Under the pieces are notes generated by a model. That model did no database searches. It saw only the letters and a program-made list of their open reading frames with translations, and was not told the origin of the DNA. A DNA stretch of 42,312 nucleotides. Origin: a virus. The stretch is taken from IMG/VR virus record IMGVR_UViG_3300031228_000015, positions 1-42,312 of that record; one strand, given 5' to 3'. A program made the translations under genes and the position numbers. This document shows positions 1 to 6,389 of this stretch, in pieces. How positions within the stretch are numbered: the first letter of the stretch is position 1; every line of letters begins with the position of its first letter.

Positions 1-276
1 GCCGCCGCCGCCACCTACGCCAACGCCGCCGCCGCCGCCGCCACCTACGCCAACGCCGCCGCCGCCGCCGCCACCTACGCCAACGCCGCCGCCGCCGCCA
101 CCTACGCCAACGCCGCCGCCGCCGCCGCCACCTACGCCAACGCCGCCGACGACGCCGCCACCTACGCCAACGCCGCCGCCGCCGCCGCCTACGCCAACGC
201 CGCCGCCGCCGCCGCCGACGACGACGCCGCCGCCAACGCCACCTACGCCAACGCCGCCGCCGCCAACGCCGCCGCC
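1..276. repeat. Coding tandem repeat of 30-/27-bp units [(GCC)5-6 ACC TAC GCC AAC]; the same repeat occurs at 42190..42312
   Basis: Read directly. The unit gccgccgccgccacctacgccaacgccgcc is exact three times (1-90). It is followed by 27-bp and degenerate units with GAC substitutions. Nt 1-94 are identical to nt 42219-42312. Confidence 0.95.
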
Positions 277-453
277 GTCGCCGCCGTCGTCGTCGGCGGC
301 GGCGGCGGAGCGGAGAAGGCACGAGAAACGATATTCAGCATCGCCGTGGAGGGGCTTCGCCAGGCCATCGCCATCGGCCCCCATGAAGGCCTCGCTGCCC
401 ACATCGATCCCGCCGCCCGTCACGCGGCCCTGCGCGAAATGGTGTCGGCATGA
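1..453 (+). CDS. 3' part of the Ala-rich tandem-repeat protein gene (5' part at 41802..42312; the ORF crosses the window boundary)
   Basis: Frame 1 is open from base 1 to TGA at 451-453. It translates as (A5-6 TYAN)n ...AANAAAVAAVVVGGGGGAEKARETIFSIAVEGLRQAIAIGPHEGLAAHIDPAARHAALREMVSA. Its stop overlaps the next ATG (ATGA, 450-453). It is missing from the ORF track because it has no start inside the window. Confidence 0.6.
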   Translation, partial: AAAATYANAAAAAATYANAAAAAATYANAAAAATYANAAAAAATYANAADDAATYANAAAAAAYANAAAAAADDDAAANATYANAAAANAAAVAAVVVGGGGGAEKARETIFSIAVEGLRQAIAIGPHEGLAAHIDPAARHAALREMVSA

Positions 454-959
454 CGGCGTCCCGGCACATCACGGTCGCCTTTGACGACGGCCCTTTTGCG
501 GCATCGCTCGAAAGGATCGCCACTGCATTGGAACGGCTTGCAGCCATGGAAAAAATAACCCGCAAGGCACGCACCGCGGCGGCGGAAGCCACAAACGGAA
601 TCGAGCCGTGCCCCAATCCCTTCGGTTGTGAAAGCAAACCGGCGCTGGCGAACTACTCCGCCTTTGACCACACCACTTTCGTCTATTGCCAAAAATGCGA
701 GCTGCAAGGCCCGAAGGCCAAATGGGATGCCGAAGCCATCGCCAAATGGAATCAGGTCAGCCGCACCGCCGCCTTCGCCGCCCTCGTTTCGGACGAAAAG
801 GTGCGCGAACTGGTTGAAACGCTGCAATGGTTTGTCGATCGCGCCGGGCCGATCACCGCAAAGTTCGATCTCTATGGCCCTCCGGATATTGCTACCGGCC
901 TGCGCCGCCGCTTTGACCTCGCGCGTCGCTTGCTGGATGGCTTCCCCGGCATAAAGTGA
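450..959 (+). CDS. Hypothetical protein with a Lar-like (restriction-alleviation family) zinc-ribbon-type segment
   Basis: 169-aa ORF, start coupled to the upstream stop. The segment CPNPFGC...YCQKCELQGPKAKWDAEAIAKWN resembles the Lar family pattern CPFCG...CxxC...eAixaWNxR, but the first knuckle is degenerate. Confidence 0.55.
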   Translation: MTASRHITVAFDDGPFAASLERIATALERLAAMEKITRKARTAAAEATNGIEPCPNPFGCESKPALANYSAFDHTTFVYCQKCELQGPKAKWDAEAIAKWNQVSRTAAFAALVSDEKVRELVETLQWFVDRAGPITAKFDLYGPPDIATGLRRRFDLARRLLDGFPGIK

Positions 960-1107
960 TGCACCCGCATGGCCCCACGGCACCCGCGCCCGCGCATCGG
1001 GGGGAAAGGTGGTGGCGGAGGAGCGATTCAATCTATACCCCCGATTGAGCGATATCATCTGGCGCATACGCTTAAGCGCTTGATTTTAAGGCGAAAAGGA
1101 TTTTGCG

Positions 1108-1395
1108 ATGAAATACCATTGTGGGCAAGAGACCAAGGATTCGATCATACAGCACAACTTCACATCGATCGACGATGAAGGCGAGCCATTGTGCGAGCGC
1201 TGCGGGCGCCGCCTTTCTGAAATCCCGCTCCGGGAAAGGCTGAAATGGCTCTATGCCGAATTCGAGGGCATGAGCTGCGCTATCGAGCACGAATGGGGCG
1301 CCCCCAAACAACTGTACCGGGCCAATGAGGCGGCCGCCGAACGCACGGTCATGGAGGCTATCGCCATCATATCCAAAACGGAGGAACGCAAATGA
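1108..1395 (+). CDS. Hypothetical protein (95 aa, Cys-containing)
   Basis: ATG at 1108 preceded by AAAAGGA (1094-1100). The local GC is lower. Its stop overlaps the next start (ATGA at 1392-1395). Confidence 0.55.
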   Translation: MKYHCGQETKDSIIQHNFTSIDDEGEPLCERCGRRLSEIPLRERLKWLYAEFEGMSCAIEHEWGAPKQLYRANEAAAERTVMEAIAIISKTEERK

Positions 1396-1631
1396 TCGGC
1401 ACCATAACCGCCACAATCACTCTCCTCGCCGGCGGCACCGCCATCGGCATCAGCATAGGCAACATCGTTTTTTTACGCAGGATCGAGCAGCGTAATGAAG
1501 CGACAATGATGAAACTGCGCAGAATTAAAGCTGCCCTGGAAGAAGACGATGGAGGGGATGCCCCCGAATGGATCGATCAATCCGCCAAACCAGTCAGCGC
1601 GATCGAACCTTATGACCCGCCTTCGGCTTGA
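1392..1631 (+). CDS. Small membrane protein (N-terminal TM helix, acidic tail)
   Basis: 79-aa ORF. The N-terminus MIGTITATITLLAGGTAIGISIGNIVFL is hydrophobic. Translationally coupled to 1108..1395. Confidence 0.55.
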   Translation: MIGTITATITLLAGGTAIGISIGNIVFLRRIEQRNEATMMKLRRIKAALEEDDGGDAPEWIDQSAKPVSAIEPYDPPSA

Positions 1632-1791
1632 GCACCCGCTTCCTCGGCCTCTTGCGCCAGGCCTCAGCCTTAACATCATGGCGTGCGTTGATACGTGCAA
1701 GCGCCCGCGCGAGTGCGAGGAGCGCTTCCCGATCCGGCGGGTTGACCCACCGCGCCGCCCGTCACGCATCTGATCGAAGGAGGCGCCCCGC

Positions 1792-1962
1792 ATGAAACAA
1801 CTCACCCCGCGCGATCTTCAGTGTCTGCGCGATCGGCGCGACCGCAGGCACCGCACCGCGTCGCTGCTCAAATGGTGTGTCCCGTTCGAACCACCACCGC
1901 CCGCGTCGCTGCTCACCGTCAGGATCGGCGGCCGCGCGCGGGTGCCCATCCATCGCCTGTGA
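1792..1962 (+). CDS. Small basic hypothetical protein (56 aa)
   Basis: Not in the ORF track (<60 aa). ATG at 1792 lies 8 nt after GAAGGAGG (1776-1783). Translation: MKQLTPRDLQCLRDRRDRRHRTASLLKWCVPFEPPPPASLLTVRIGGRARVPIHRL. TGA at 1960-1962. Confidence 0.45.
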   Translation: MKQLTPRDLQCLRDRRDRRHRTASLLKWCVPFEPPPPASLLTVRIGGRARVPIHRL

Positions 1963-1987
1963 CGCGCGCTTTTCGAAGGGACCGCCC

Positions 1988-2227
1988 ATGAGCCATCACG
2001 ACAGGGTAATGATCACATTCTTCGCCCTCGCCCTCGCCGCCTGTATCGCCGCCATGGGCTGGGCGCAGCTCGCCGTGCGCCACCGCCGCCTCAAACGCGC
2101 CCTCCACGCCCTGCGCAAGGATCGCGATGGCTTGCGCAGGGCACTGTGGGAGAATCGCGGCGTCGAGGATGACGATATGGGAGGGGCCATCGATGCGGCA
2201 TTATGTAGCAAACGCACCAATGCGTAG
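1988..2227 (+). CDS. Small membrane protein; its last 10 codons read into the left end of the transposon
   Basis: ATG at 1988 after GAAGGGA. TM segment ITFFALALAACIAAMGWAQLAV. The ORF crosses the IS boundary at 2196. After conceptual excision it would end ...GGAIDG-TGA. Confidence 0.55.
   Translation: MSHHDRVMITFFALALAACIAAMGWAQLAVRHRRLKRALHALRKDRDGLRRALWENRGVEDDDMGGAIDAALCSKRTNA
2188..2220. repeat. Left TSD (2188-2195, CATCGATG) plus left terminal IR (2196-2220)
   Basis: 2186-2220 is the exact reverse complement of 5245-5279 (35 bp). The outer part is palindromic, so it also reads as a direct repeat. Confidence 0.85.
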
Positions 2228-2288
2228 ATGGTTATCCATCTGCGCGGTGGCGGGTGTCATCGTTTGTGGGGCAAGTGAGGCGCGGGCA

Positions 2289-3254
2289 CTAGGTGGCATA
2301 CCCGGGATAGTCGCTATTGGCCCGCAACACGAGCTTGTCACCAAAGGGCGGGCTATCGAGGTCTATCAGGCCATCATCGCGCCTTGTGTCGATCACGTCG
2401 AACAGGTGAGCGGTAAACCTGAGGCGCTTGCTCAAAGCCGTCTTGTATTTGGCAACCGTGTAGAAGCCAATTTTGACAACACTGGGCGGCGTTTCCCCGC
2501 TATTCTCACAGGAGCTTCGCCGTTCCAGCTCATCGCCGGGGAACAGTATTGCATCCTGCCACGCGATCTTGGCAGACCGGAAGTGCTTAATCGTTTCGTC
2601 CAAGTGTGCCCTTGGGTTCTCTCCGAACGCCATCGACGCAAAAAAGCTGACATCCAAGGCAGGCGTCTTTCCGATGTTCTTGACGACGTAGCGAATATGA
2701 AAATGCGGTTGCTCGTTTACCATCCTGAAGCCGATGACGTCCGTTATCTTGACGGTGATCCATGCTCGAAGTTGGGAGTCCACCCCGGCACGTGCGATCT
2801 TGTTGGCTTCCTGGCCAGCCTCGGCGGCAGCAATAGCAGCCTGAGTGGCGTTCTTGGCTTCATCGGCCATCGTCTTGGCGTGGTCGGCAGCCTTAGCGGT
2901 CGCCTCAAGCGTTTTCTTGACGATAGCGGCCACGTAGATGCTCACGCCCGTAGTGACGACAGCCGCAAGCGCCATGACCAACGCCCAAAAAGCCATTTCT
3001 TCTTGGGCCTCAAGGTCGCGCTGGGAGTGGGTTTGGCCGTTCTCGGTTACTGGATCGCGAAGCGCGCCCTCGATTTTGACAGCGGCTTCGGTGATGGCTT
3101 CTCTAACGGCAACCGACTCCGCTTCTGGATCAGCTACCTCGGATTGCTGGCCAGTGGCTTGATCGGCGCTTGCGGCTTTGTCTTGGCCGTAAGCAGCTTG
3201 GCATAGCGCTAATCCTGTAAATGCAGCGAAGACACCCCAATTGCGCTTAAACAT
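2289..3254 (-). CDS. Secreted/membrane-anchored protein of unknown function (transposon cargo)
   Basis: 321 aa. Signal-peptide-like N-terminus MFKRNWGVFAAFTGLALCQAAYG, then an acidic region and a TM helix AFWALVMALAAVVTTGVSIYVAAIV. An Ala-rich helix and a beta-rich C-terminal domain (YVVKNIGKTPALDV) follow. A same-phase antisense ORF (2127..3206) was judged spurious. Confidence 0.6.
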   Translation of the reverse strand: MFKRNWGVFAAFTGLALCQAAYGQDKAASADQATGQQSEVADPEAESVAVREAITEAAVKIEGALRDPVTENGQTHSQRDLEAQEEMAFWALVMALAAVVTTGVSIYVAAIVKKTLEATAKAADHAKTMADEAKNATQAAIAAAEAGQEANKIARAGVDSQLRAWITVKITDVIGFRMVNEQPHFHIRYVVKNIGKTPALDVSFFASMAFGENPRAHLDETIKHFRSAKIAWQDAILFPGDELERRSSCENSGETPPSVVKIGFYTVAKYKTALSKRLRFTAHLFDVIDTRRDDGLIDLDSPPFGDKLVLRANSDYPGYAT

Positions 3255-3439
3255 TGGACAAGAAACACCGCCGTGAATTTTCCCCGGCTGATCTTGTTCC
3301 TGATATTCGGCTCAGAGTCCATTACCCCAATGTCAGCGAGCTTTCCCACCAGTTCGGAGTAGGTGACGTTCCGGCGCTTCAGTTCCGCCTTCAGCATCCC
3401 CTTTACCCGATCTTCCCATTCCTTCTCCGCTACCGGCAT
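3209..3439 (-). CDS. DUF6471-like small HTH protein (putative regulator; transposon cargo)
   Basis: 76 aa. KGMLKAELKRRNVTYSELVGKLADIGVMDSEPNIRNKISRGKFTAVFLVQCLSAIG matches my recollection of the DUF6471 family. It overlaps the start of 2289..3254 by 46 nt. Confidence 0.65.
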   Translation of the reverse strand: MPVAEKEWEDRVKGMLKAELKRRNVTYSELVGKLADIGVMDSEPNIRNKISRGKFTAVFLVQCLSAIGVSSLHLQD

Positions 3440-3543
3440 CGTCTCGCTCCATGATGAGAAATATCATCATACGCGATGCATTTGCCCTTTACAACAGTGC
3501 ATAATGTCATTATCTAGAGTGCATAAGCACTGGAAACGATGAC

Positions 3544-4503
3544 ATGGCACAGCACTTTCTCCTCTCCGCCAAGGCTCGCACCCTCTCCCTCAAGGCGGTT
3601 TTCCGCATGGGCGAGGATGCCGCCTATCAGGCTTTCTGTGAGATGCGCTGGCCCGAAACCGAGGGCGAAGCGGTGTGCCCGCGTTGCGGCTGCACCGAGC
3701 ATTACAATCTTTTAACCCGCCGCAAATTCAAGTGCGTAGCCTGTCACCACCAGTTCAGCGTGACGAGTGGAACGATCTTTGCTTCGCGCAAGCTGTCGTT
3801 CACCGATCTGCTGGCGGCGATTGCGATTTTCGTGAACGGGGCGAAGGGGATTTCCGCGCTACAGGCGAGCCGCGATCTGGACGTGCAGTACAAGACCGCT
3901 TTCGTGCTGTTCCATAAGCTGCGCGAGGCGATGGCCCGCGAACTGGCTGACGCCAAGCTCAACGGCACGGTGGAAATCGATGGGGCCTATTTCGGCGGCT
4001 ACGTGAAGCCGGAGAACCGCAAGGAAGATCGCAAGGACCGCCGCCTTGTCGCGAACCGTTCGGGCAAGCGCCAGTGCGTCGTCATCATGCGCGAACGCAA
4101 GGGTCGCTCGCTTCCCTTCGTTGTCGCCAACGAGGGCGATGCCGTTCCCTATGTCCGCGACCACGTTGGCACCCTCGCCACGGTCTGCGCGGACGAAGGC
4201 AGCGGTTGGGATGCGCTCCATGCCGGTTGGGATACGCGCCGGGTCAACCACTCGGTTGCGTTCATGGACGAAGGCGTGTGCACCAATCAGGCGGAGTCGT
4301 ATTTCAGCCGCCTTCGCCGGATGGAAGTCGGAACGCACCACCACATCGCCGGGCCGTATCTCTACAGCTACGCTGGCGAGGCTGCTTGGCGCGAGGATAA
4401 TCGCCGCGTGGACAACGGTTCACAGGCGATGACGCTGACGGCGGCTGCGATGGCAGCGCGGGTTAGCCGGAATTGGAAAGCGTATTGGCAGCGCGCGGTC
4501 TAA
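3544..4503 (+). CDS. IS1595-family DDE transposase
   Basis: 319 aa. N-terminal MAQHFLLSAKARTLSL and zinc-ribbon CPRCGC...CVACHHQFSVTSGTIF are typical of IS1595-family transposases. The DDE-type body contains VEIDGAYFGG...NQAESYFSRLRR. Confidence 0.9.
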   Translation: MAQHFLLSAKARTLSLKAVFRMGEDAAYQAFCEMRWPETEGEAVCPRCGCTEHYNLLTRRKFKCVACHHQFSVTSGTIFASRKLSFTDLLAAIAIFVNGAKGISALQASRDLDVQYKTAFVLFHKLREAMARELADAKLNGTVEIDGAYFGGYVKPENRKEDRKDRRLVANRSGKRQCVVIMRERKGRSLPFVVANEGDAVPYVRDHVGTLATVCADEGSGWDALHAGWDTRRVNHSVAFMDEGVCTNQAESYFSRLRRMEVGTHHHIAGPYLYSYAGEAAWREDNRRVDNGSQAMTLTAAAMAARVSRNWKAYWQRAV

Positions 4504-4566
4504 GTCATTGAAATCGACTCACTCTTAATGCTTGAAATTCTTGAGTTTTTCACTATATCGCATCCC

Positions 4567-5076
4567 ATGGATAGGTCTGTCGCCATCGCAAACGAGTTTC
4601 TCCGGAAACCCGGCGGTGAGTCGCTTACGCAGATGCAGCTCCAAAAGCTGGTCTATATCGCGCATGGATGGAAGCTTGGCTTGTTGGGCCAGCCTCTGAC
4701 GACCGATGAACCGCAGGCGTGGGCCTATGGGCCCGTTTATCCCGACCTTTATGACCATACGAAATTCTTCGGGCGGGGGGCGATAGGCCGGGAAATTACT
4801 CCCGACGATGACGAAGCGGTTCGTTTCTTCACTGACGCTCGCAGGAGAAATGTGCGCCCTTACCGTGCCGAACTCGACGCCAACGAGCGTCAGATTATCG
4901 ATCAGGTTTGGAGGCGCTACGGAAAACTAAGCGGCGCGCGACTGTCCACGTTGACGCACCAACCTAACACACCCTGGTCGGACACTTACGACGGCGCACG
5001 CAATCGCGTGATCCCGCAGGACGAAATCCGAAACCACTACGTCGAACTGGCTGGCCGTGTCCGAGCGGGAGCTTGA
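4567..5076 (+). CDS. Panacea (DUF4065/SocA-like) antitoxin-domain protein with no adjacent co-directional toxin gene
   Basis: Motifs LTQMQLQKLVYIAHGWKLGLLGQPL, AWAYGPVYPDLY and LSTLTHQPNTPW fit the Panacea domain pattern. Start taken at ATG 4567 (MDRSVAIANEFL); an upstream ATG at 4528 is also possible. Confidence 0.75.
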   Translation: MDRSVAIANEFLRKPGGESLTQMQLQKLVYIAHGWKLGLLGQPLTTDEPQAWAYGPVYPDLYDHTKFFGRGAIGREITPDDDEAVRFFTDARRRNVRPYRAELDANERQIIDQVWRRYGKLSGARLSTLTHQPNTPWSDTYDGARNRVIPQDEIRNHYVELAGRVRAGA

Positions 5077-5218
5077 TCGCGTTGTCGAGCGTTTCGACAA
5101 CGCGGGCCATCTGTGCCAGCGCCTCTTGTGTGCGGAGCATTTCACCAGCGAGGGCGGCGCGGCGCTTCACCAAGCCATCGGTTAGGTAGTCTGTCATCGC
5201 CTGCGATACATAGCGCAT
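4964..5218 (-). pseudogene. Possible 5' remnant of a small coiled-coil protein gene
   Basis: The first ~50 aa (MTDYLTDGLVKRRAALAGEMLRTQEALAQMARVVETLDNAIKL) look protein-like. The last ~35 aa are Arg/Gly/Cys-rich and run antisense through the 3' end of 4567..5076. Confidence 0.25.
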
Positions 5219-5244
5219 AAATGACGATGACGACTATCCGCACG

Positions 5245-5277
5245 TTGGTGCGTTTGCTACATAATGCCGCATCGATG
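5245..5277. repeat. Right terminal IR (5245-5269) plus right TSD (5270-5277, CATCGATG)
   Basis: Reverse complement of 2188-2220, read directly. Confidence 0.85.
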
Positions 5278-5475
5278 GCTGATGAATCTGATAAGAAATT
5301 GGCCGCAGCTACGACACCCCATGACGAAAAACTTATTGAAACGCTTTGCGACGCTTTGATGATCGCGCTGCCTTACGTCGAAATGGCTGAGCACGATGAT
5401 ATCTACAAGCCCGGCGCCGTCCGGGCCGTTGTCAGAAAAATGCGCCACGCGCTCACGCGCGCACAATACCTCTAA
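5275..5475 (+). CDS. Hypothetical protein (66 aa), last gene of the plus-strand arm
   Basis: The ATG at 5275-5277 is formed by the last 3 nt of the right TSD. Translation: MADESDKKLAAATTPHDEKLIETLCDALMIALPYVEMAEHDD... An in-frame upstream ATG at 5221 lies inside the IS end. The 3' end overlaps the convergent gene 5472..5768 by 4 nt. Confidence 0.5.
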   Translation: MADESDKKLAAATTPHDEKLIETLCDALMIALPYVEMAEHDDIYKPGAVRAVVRKMRHALTRAQYL

Positions 5476-5768
5476 TCCCCCGAACACCCACCAAGCACCG
5501 CCAGTGCCTCGCGCAAGGCCCCGCGTAGCTCGATCGCCTTGGCCGCCAGCAGGTCCGCCGCCTGCACAGCAGAAACCCCGCCCTGCCACCCGCGGCCGCG
5601 CTCGCTTTCGATCGTCGCAGGTTCCGCCGGCACCTGATCCGGGCTCACACACGCCACCGCCACCGGCCGATCCACCTCCACCGTGCGCACCTCGATCCCC
5701 GGTCGCGGGCTTGCGCAGGCGGCCAGCGACCATAGTGTCGCCCACAACAGAATCATCCTGGCGCGCAT
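5472..5768 (-). CDS. Lipoprotein, o-spanin candidate
   Basis: ATG at 5768 lies 6 nt after GGAGGG. Signal peptide with lipobox MRARMILLWATLWSLAAC. The mature part is Pro/Val-rich (EVRTVEVDRPVAVACVSPDQVPAEP) with a C-terminal Cys. It is the last gene of the minus-strand lysis arm. Confidence 0.55.
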   Translation of the reverse strand: MRARMILLWATLWSLAACASPRPGIEVRTVEVDRPVAVACVSPDQVPAEPATIESERGRGWQGGVSAVQAADLLAAKAIELRGALREALAVLGGCSGD

Positions 5769-5916
5769 CACAAGCCCTCCGAAGTAAACAAACCCCTAAT
5801 GAAAATGCGACGAACCGTTGTCGATTGTGCTTGCCGTATACGCACATTGCGCGCATACGGGCCTTGTCAGCATGGAGTTGACCGGGCGCCTCGCCGATCA
5901 GGGGCGGAGACAAAGA

Positions 5917-6138
5917 ATGGAAAAGAAGTTCACCACTTTTCGCAGCCGCTTCGATCCGGACGTAACTTGCTTCCAGAGCAACGACTACGTGGGCCTGCTG
6001 CGAGCGATCTGCTGCAACTCGGTCACCGGCTATGTGATCGATGGGCGAAAGACGAAGGGTGAAGACATCATCAAGGTTCCATCCCATGCCGCCGATGCTG
6101 TAGCCGACCATCTCGGCCGCATGGGATGGACTCGCTAA
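5917..6138 (+). CDS. Hypothetical 73-aa protein (upstream gene of an opposite-strand two-gene moron)
   Basis: ATG at 5917 after GGAGA. Lower-GC segment. No family recognised; a HicA-like resemblance at the C-terminus is too weak to call. Confidence 0.45.
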   Translation: MEKKFTTFRSRFDPDVTCFQSNDYVGLLRAICCNSVTGYVIDGRKTKGEDIIKVPSHAADAVADHLGRMGWTR

Positions 6139-6389
6139 ATGTATTGCCGATGGGAGTTCCGCGAACTGTGACCAACCATCCGAACCGATCGCGCGGGGGG
6201 CAATCCCTCCCGCGCAATCCTTCGCCAGCGGAAGTGAAGGCCGCGCGGGGGGACGCCGGGCTAACCCAATCCGCCGCCGCCGCGCTAGTTCACACGTCGC
6301 TACGCAACTGGCAGCAATGGGAGGGCGGCGATCGGAAGATGCATCCGGCATTTTGGGACCTGTTCCGCCTGAAAACCGCGCAACCCTAA
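6126..6389 (+). CDS. XRE/YiaG-like HTH DNA-binding protein
   Basis: TNHPNRSRGG...PSPAEVKAARGDAGLTQSAAAALVHTSLRNWQQWEGGDRKMHPAFWDLFRLK matches a widespread small HTH family (WQQWE-G-R-M motif). The true start may be GTG at 6168 (MTNHPNRS...). Confidence 0.7.
   Translation: MDSLNVLPMGVPRTVTNHPNRSRGGQSLPRNPSPAEVKAARGDAGLTQSAAAALVHTSLRNWQQWEGGDRKMHPAFWDLFRLKTAQP

Larger units (their letters stand above)
2196..5269. mobile_element. IS1595-family transposon (3,074 bp) with passenger genes
   Basis: Perfect 25-bp terminal inverted repeats CGGCATTATGTAGCAAACGCACCAA at 2196-2220 and 5245-5269 (reverse complement). They are flanked by an 8-bp direct repeat CATCGATG (2188-2195, 5270-5277). The only transposase inside is the IS1595-type DDE gene at 3544..4503. 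GC is visibly lower than in the flanks. Confidence 0.75.

Noticed and set aside
1-276. Terminal GCC-rich tandem repeats as a CRISPR array or non-coding satellite
   Set aside because: There are no unique spacers. The units are 27/30 bp, multiples of 3. They lie in an open frame continuous with a start at 41802 and a stop at 453, so this is a coding repeat.
1-276. Type I antifreeze-protein-like repeat (Thr-x2-Asn-Ala7)
   Set aside because: The composition is similar, but the period here is 10 or 9 residues, not 11. Thr/Asn would therefore not align on one helical face. No other support.
2127-3206. 359-aa plus-strand ORF with a signal-peptide-like segment (MRRWLSICAVAGVIVCGASEARA)
   Set aside because: It is exactly codon-phase antisense to 2289..3254, so it inherits an RNY-like bias. 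Its second half is Gly/Ser/Leu/Arg low complexity, the mirror of an Ala-rich helix. It starts outside the transposon and crosses the IR. The minus-strand ORF has a coherent domain layout and sits in an operon with the DUF6471 gene. Not fully excluded.
3498-4531. A shorter ~1.03-kb IS with its own inverted repeats immediately flanking the transposase gene
   Set aside because: The candidate ends (GCATAATGTCATT at 3499; reverse complement of 4517-4531, GCATTAAGAGTGA) share only about half their positions and have no flanking direct repeat. The outer 25-bp perfect IRs with an 8-bp TSD are far better supported.
5081-5101. Hairpin GTTGTCGAgcgttTCGACAAC after the Panacea gene as an intrinsic terminator
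   Set aside because: An 8-bp stem is present, but no U-tract follows on either strand. Left uncalled.
5917-6138. HicA-like toxin assignment for the 73-aa ORF
   Set aside because: Only a vague resemblance of IIKVPSH..D.V..HLGRMGW to the HicA C-terminus. The GSH-type core motif is absent and the partner is not HicB-like.
5257-6351. 364-aa minus-strand ORF, together with other long ORFs antisense to confident genes (7133..7999, 13895..15187, 19682..20833, 24156..25181, 25190..26572, 26975..28234, 28925..30769, 33578..35473, 36080..37009, 38718..39848)
   Set aside because: Their composition is Arg/Pro/Gly/His-rich, which is typical of off-frame or antisense reading of GC-rich DNA. Each overlaps a gene with clear family motifs on the other strand or frame.
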